A DNA stretch of 64,000 bases, taken from contig CM060734.1 of assembly GCA_030704615.1 (NCBI GenBank), positions 16,430,001-16,494,000 on the forward strand. The letters are read 5' to 3'. Of the stretch, positions 61,138-64,000 are shown one piece after another (position 1 is the stretch's first letter; each line of letters opens with the position of its first letter). Below the pieces are notes generated by a model that had not been told where the DNA came from, did not search any database, and worked only from the letters and a program-made list of their open reading frames with translations. This DNA is from Takakia lepidozioides (taxonomy: Eukaryota; Plantae; Bryophyta). The position numbers and the translations under genes are program-made.

Positions 61138-61450
61138 TGATAACGAAGAAGAATACAAGCACAAGCTCATGCGAGCTCACAAAGCTGAAGCATAAACTCA
61201 TGCATATATAACCTTATCACTCAAATACAAGTCAAGCCAAGTGCACCCCACGCCATGGGGAATCCACACTACGGCGCCATAGCTAGGCGCGGTGAGGCTC
61301 AACTCGAGAAAGATGAGCCTCCCACGTTTGCCGTGAAGATAACCACTCCAGGGCCTAAATCTGCCTTGACCCCTGGATTGACACTTGGGCCAATCCCAAA
61401 TGTCAATATGTAAAAGCTAGCTATTTCCTAGCTAGTTTCACACTAGTGGT
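61138..61450 (-). repeat. 5' terminal repeat X1 of the DNMT-gypsy
   Basis: Nearly identical to 32013-32324. Lacks the outermost 14 bp seen in X2. Confidence 0.9.
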
Positions 61451-61777
61451 TACGAGGCTATAGTTTTGCGAGAGGGGGTTCCAAACAGTGAAGTAGCTTG
61501 CCTAAACTGCGATTGGTTTCAGTTTGTCATCTGCATGCTAGCTTCAAAAGGAACAATGAATAGGTGGCGAGAGCCGAGGGGAGAGATTGACGCATTTTTG
61601 GAGAGGCACCACTCCACTGACCCTCTCCAACGTATGCCTAGGGGTGGTAGTGGATCAAAAGCAGGGGCAGACTTGGTTTTGGTGGATCTCCCTGATGGTC
61701 AGTTTGTGAGAGGGATTGGCCGAGACCATATTGTGTCGGGCTTAGCCCAAGTGTCTTACGAGTGGTTATGGGTTCAA

Positions 61778-61890
61778 ACCACCTTGTTGGTTGTTACAAA
61801 GGTGTCCACCTTCCTACCGGAAGGCAGTAGCCCTTCTCGGTCAAGTGACACCATAAGTTATGCTTGCTTCGGCAACGCGTCCACCTTTTT
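61778..61890 (+). repeat. Structured ~110-bp repeat (copy 2)
   Basis: Matches 3603-3715 with about 3 substitutions. Confidence 0.8.
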
Positions 61891-62060
61891 AGCCCAGATG
61901 CGTCCCATAGTTGGTGCCGACTATGAGGCCCAAGTAGGCCCACCGTCCCATAGTCGTTGCCGACCATGACTCCACCGACTACTACCGTGACTGCTGACTA
62001 TAACATTCATTTGGCAATACATGTTAGTGTCTGTAGTGTGCACTCTGTGCACTAACTACA

Positions 62061-64000
62061 TTACTTTTGCGAATACAGAAGTAGATGGCAATGTAAGTAA
62101 TGTGCAAACCTGTAAACGAGCCTCCGGGCCGGCAAAGACCCACCAGGCTGCTCGATAATTGGCCAGCTTTGGCCAGGCCCATCATTCATCTCGCACCAAA
62201 ACAATTCTTTCCAATACTTAAGGTGGTAGTCATCCACCCAATCTGAGAGGGACTTGAGAGTGTCGGTGCCTCTTCCGGGGTTGGTAGCTGCAAGAACCCT
62301 TTCTGAACCAGCCAGTCCAACTGGCGTTGCGCTTCCTCTTTTTGCTTCGAGTCCACGAAACATGTCACAATATAGGCTTACGACATAAACAGAAACTTAA
62401 AGCTAGAGCAAAGAATGCAAGCTCTTTACCTGGAACCACCATGTCATTTTGTTGCACCACAAGCCGAAGACCACATCTGTTGGAGCATGGGGAAATTTCC
62501 CTTCTTTCCTGGTGGTAGAGTCTGTATTCCAAAGCTTTAACCATGATTTCCTTCTCCGCAAGAGTGACCTCGCTGGTGGCCAGCATCTGCAACTTCTCCA
62601 AAGTCATTTCAGGCTTCCGATTGACGGCGAGTGACTTGTAATGAGTGGTTATCTCAAACAAAAAACCAGTTCCCAAAGCAGGATCGCAAATAGAAGAATA
62701 TTTAGCAATTTTGGTGTACCACTTCGTCCTGTGAACTTGGAAATTGCTCGCAAGCTTCTTCCTGATGAGCTCGGTGTTCTCGGCGGTGGCAGGCAAGTGC
62801 ACATGGGCATCCAAGCAGGCGTTTCTGATTCTACGGAATCCCTCCTGACCCATGTACTCTATGAGAGCGTCTTGCGGCATCGTCATCCAATTCCCGTTCC
62901 GCTTGTTCAAGCACTTCTCGTAGACGTCTAGTGGAATAGCTGTTTCATACTGCTCAACAGGTGTTGTTGCGCACTTCTGGAAGTAGAATAGCTTGTGTGG
63001 AAGTTCGAAGGATATATTTTCTCGATCTGTAACGCTGCAAAACGCACAGTAAAGGGCCTTTTAGTCGGCAACGACCTCATGGAAATTCGTCTGCTACCTT
63101 GAAGAACCTCCAAATAGTTTCTGGGTAAATAGCAAAGGTCCCGTATTCAATCTACGAAATTGCTATAGTCGTCTCCGACTATAACAACAGCCTCTACAAC
63201 CTGCAAACAATGAATGTGGCAGTTTTGTGCGACCTCCATCACTAAACCAAACTGTCGAGAACAAAAAAGGCCTATGAAGGTCAGTCAAGCTATACATCTG
63301 CTAACTGCTATAGTCGGCTCCGACTATATCAGTGGGAATACCTTCAACCTTAAACAAGACTGCTGGGAGTACAGCTGAATGGGGAACTTTAATAATCTAT
63401 TCAGAGTGTAATTGTTTTTCACTGTGCAGGGGATGCTACAGTGCACATCCTTTTATATGGAATTTGCCATAGTTGGTCCCGACTATGACAGTTTATCCTT
63501 GAGATTCTGTAACCGATTTTGATGCAGATTCCACAAATGCAACACTTGTATTCGGATATGAAACCCAAGCTCATGTGAGCAGAAGAGGGTATTGAAACTC
63601 ACACATTCATTGGATTCATTGCACATCAAATTAGCCCCATATCTGAACTCCTCACATCCATAATTTTTGCGTTCACCCGGTAGAGTTGCCCCCAGTTTCA
63701 GTCTCAAACTCTTGCAGGAACTGGGCTTCAGCTCGTGGAACCGGTTTTGTGGGAGACTACTCCGCCCTCCCTCTGATTGCCTTCTGCTTCTTACTCTTTG
63801 CAGGTGAAGTGACTGCTCCATTTGAATCTGCACTGCCCCCTTCTACTTCATTCTCTTTGGGGGGGGGGGAAGCGGATTGCTCCGGTTCGTTATTCTCTTC
63901 AAGCACGGGCTGCTTCTTCTTGCTCTTTACTGGAGAAGGGGATGACCCCTGCTGGCGATTGTCCATCAGCTTCAACCGTGCCTCTTTCTCTTGTGCTTTA
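62061..64000 (-). pseudogene. Degraded spliced gene of unknown function, associated with ATAGTCGGTACCGACTAT repeats
   Basis: Collinear minus-strand ORF pieces (63975-63483, 63113-62365, 62363-62110) with frameshifts. Shares its repeat family with the MTase-like gene at 29.6-30.9 kb. Confidence 0.45.

Larger units (their letters stand above)
52552..61450 (-). mobile_element. DNMT-encoding Ty3/gypsy retrotransposon, 5' piece (A): terminal repeat X, long 5' UTR, gag-PR-DNMT, deleted RT/RH, integrase N-half
   Basis: Collinear minus-strand ORFs from 57826 to 52552. The integrase is highly similar to 10024-10790. Terminal 61138-61450 matches 32013-32324. Confidence 0.92.

Noticed and set aside
31822-61450. 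Classification as a DIRS/Ngaro tyrosine-recombinase element because of the split repeats
   Set aside because: It encodes a protease, a gypsy-type RT (in the sister copy), an rve DDE integrase and a PPT. No tyrosine recombinase motifs were seen.

Overview
Transposon-dense eukaryotic DNA, probably from a non-seed land plant (inferred from a plant-type spliced IPK2 fragment, PLS-type PPR fragments, a chromovirus, and CACTA/hAT elements). The only recognisable host gene is the 3' part of an inositol polyphosphate multikinase. The main feature is a Ty3/gypsy family with the polyprotein order Gag(2x CCHC)-protease-C5 cytosine methyltransferase (DNMT3-like)-RT-RNaseH-integrase-PHD finger. One DNMT-bearing copy, which has lost RT/RNaseH, appears broken into three complementary pieces (61450-52552, 15744-16256, 40031-31822). 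Reassembled, it has split repeats (X...Y-X-Y), an internal GACA-NN-TGTC att-like junction, and a non-tRNA primer site complementary to a hairpin loop in its own LTR. A near-intact chromovirus (32841-39810, TSD CAAGA) is inserted in its PHD finger. A second, intron-containing, repeat-associated gene encodes the C-terminal half of a beta-class N4C/N6A DNA methyltransferase. The window also holds LINE fragments, a CACTA and a hAT non-autonomous element with TSDs, a large foldback repeat and several tandem repeats. Coordinates and alignments were read by eye and no database searches were run.
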